Below are positions 62,812 through 64,000 of a DNA stretch of 64,000 nt, piece after piece (position 1 is the stretch's first letter; the number at the start of each line of letters is the position of its first letter). The notes under the pieces are model-generated. The model worked only from the letters and a program-made list of their open reading frames with translations, made no database searches and was not told where the DNA came from. A program made the position numbers and the translations under genes. Source of the stretch: Eledone cirrhosa (taxonomy: Eukaryota); contig OZ024743.1 of NCBI GenBank assembly GCA_964016885.1, forward strand, positions 102,672,001 to 102,736,000, written 5' to 3'.

Positions 62812-64000
62812 TATACATATGTGTGTGCGCATGTGTTTGTGTGTGTGTGTGAATGTCTGTGTGAGAGAGCGTGTACCGTCCTGGGTTTCATTAAAACGTG
62901 CTTATAATAACACGTTTGCTTATAACCTACAATGATTGTGTTTACTAAACAAACGCAAAACTTACAGTTAATTCTAATGAACAGGCCTGAGTGTGGTGTA
63001 AGAATGATAATTATGAATCTAAAAGTCACTTTTGGCTTGAAAAACGATACCATTTCGGTGTTTGAAAGACAGTAATTGTGGTGTGATTATAGAGCTTTAT
63101 GTATATAAACTTATGGGCATATACACATCACATATACACACATACACCCGTCAGTCCATATGCAATAGACAAATGTATAGTTACACACGCACACGCTCGT
63201 ATCTATAGAATATATCTATAAATATTTCGCACTGTAAACAAACTTAGTGAAAATATCAAAATCTGATATCTATAACTAGGCCAAATTTGTACACACGCGT
63301 ACACATGTTCACAGTCTCTACGTATAACTAAACACGCACATAAACTAACTCATCTCTATCTATTTGTACATACAGTCATGCACGCATGTATATGTATCTA
63401 CATACATACACATACGTAAACATATACATATACATAGTTGTATATACACATACATATGAACGCACGTACATTTTCACATGTATATTCAATAACGTATTGC
63501 CACCACTGAATGGCGAAATGTTTCCCTCTCCTCTCCATTTTCCCCCTCAAACGCGTCTTCTCTTTCCTCTATTACCCTCAGCTTTCTCTCTCGCATTCAT
63601 ATAGAACACCACATTAACATACGCACACATATTAAAAATAGATGTAAACCACCATACAGCCACACACCCATTCTGGAGTTGGATATTGGCCTATCGTTCA
63701 CGATGAACAGGAATACTCACATCTGCTCTAATATGAACATTTAGAGATACCACTGCAGGCTACTGTCATATATTTATATTATGGGATGTGCTTTTCGAGG
63801 CGGCAATGGTGGTTTACAATACCTTAGTAGATGTCTGTCGAATATGTTCTGCACTTGTTAGAAATCCAAAGCAGATATTCACAACAGTGTCCGGGGATAT
63901 ATGATTTTTCTCTGACGTGCAAATATCACATCACTTAACTCATTTTTATCTGGTTTTGATATTTCTATAAGACGCCATTTTGCATTGAAGTCTGTTGCAC

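Noticed and set aside
63690-64000. Possible decayed APE endonuclease fragment (DFNAK on the minus strand)
   Set aside because: A single partial motif at the window edge, with no other conserved blocks identifiable.

Overview
This is eukaryotic, AT-rich, repeat-dominated DNA. It is probably from an octopod cephalopod, inferred from the tRNA/CORE-type SINE family and the very dense microsatellites. No host gene, rRNA, true tRNA or CRISPR array could be supported. The window is a patchwork of mobile elements sitting inside simple repeats: (1) L1/Tx1-like LINE pieces, two of them near-identical and inverted. (2) R4/Dong-like RLE retrotransposons, including one apparently full-length copy with an intact 1169-aa ORF flanked by (CATA)n. 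(3) An RTE-like LINE with C-terminal C2H2 fingers, plus short non-autonomous RTE-like units. (4) Two families of Penelope-like elements (PLEs) that form inverted structures and carry minimal hammerhead-ribozyme motifs, one family with the U3-A8 core variant. (5) A dozen or more SINEs, a hAT transposase remnant, a probable non-autonomous Helitron, MITEs, a ~1.8-kb palindrome and a ~29-bp satellite ending in degenerate TTAGGG. The most notable features are the hammerhead-bearing solo and palindromic PLE ends and the apparent partitioning of microsatellite targets among retroelement families. All boundaries were read by eye and are approximate.
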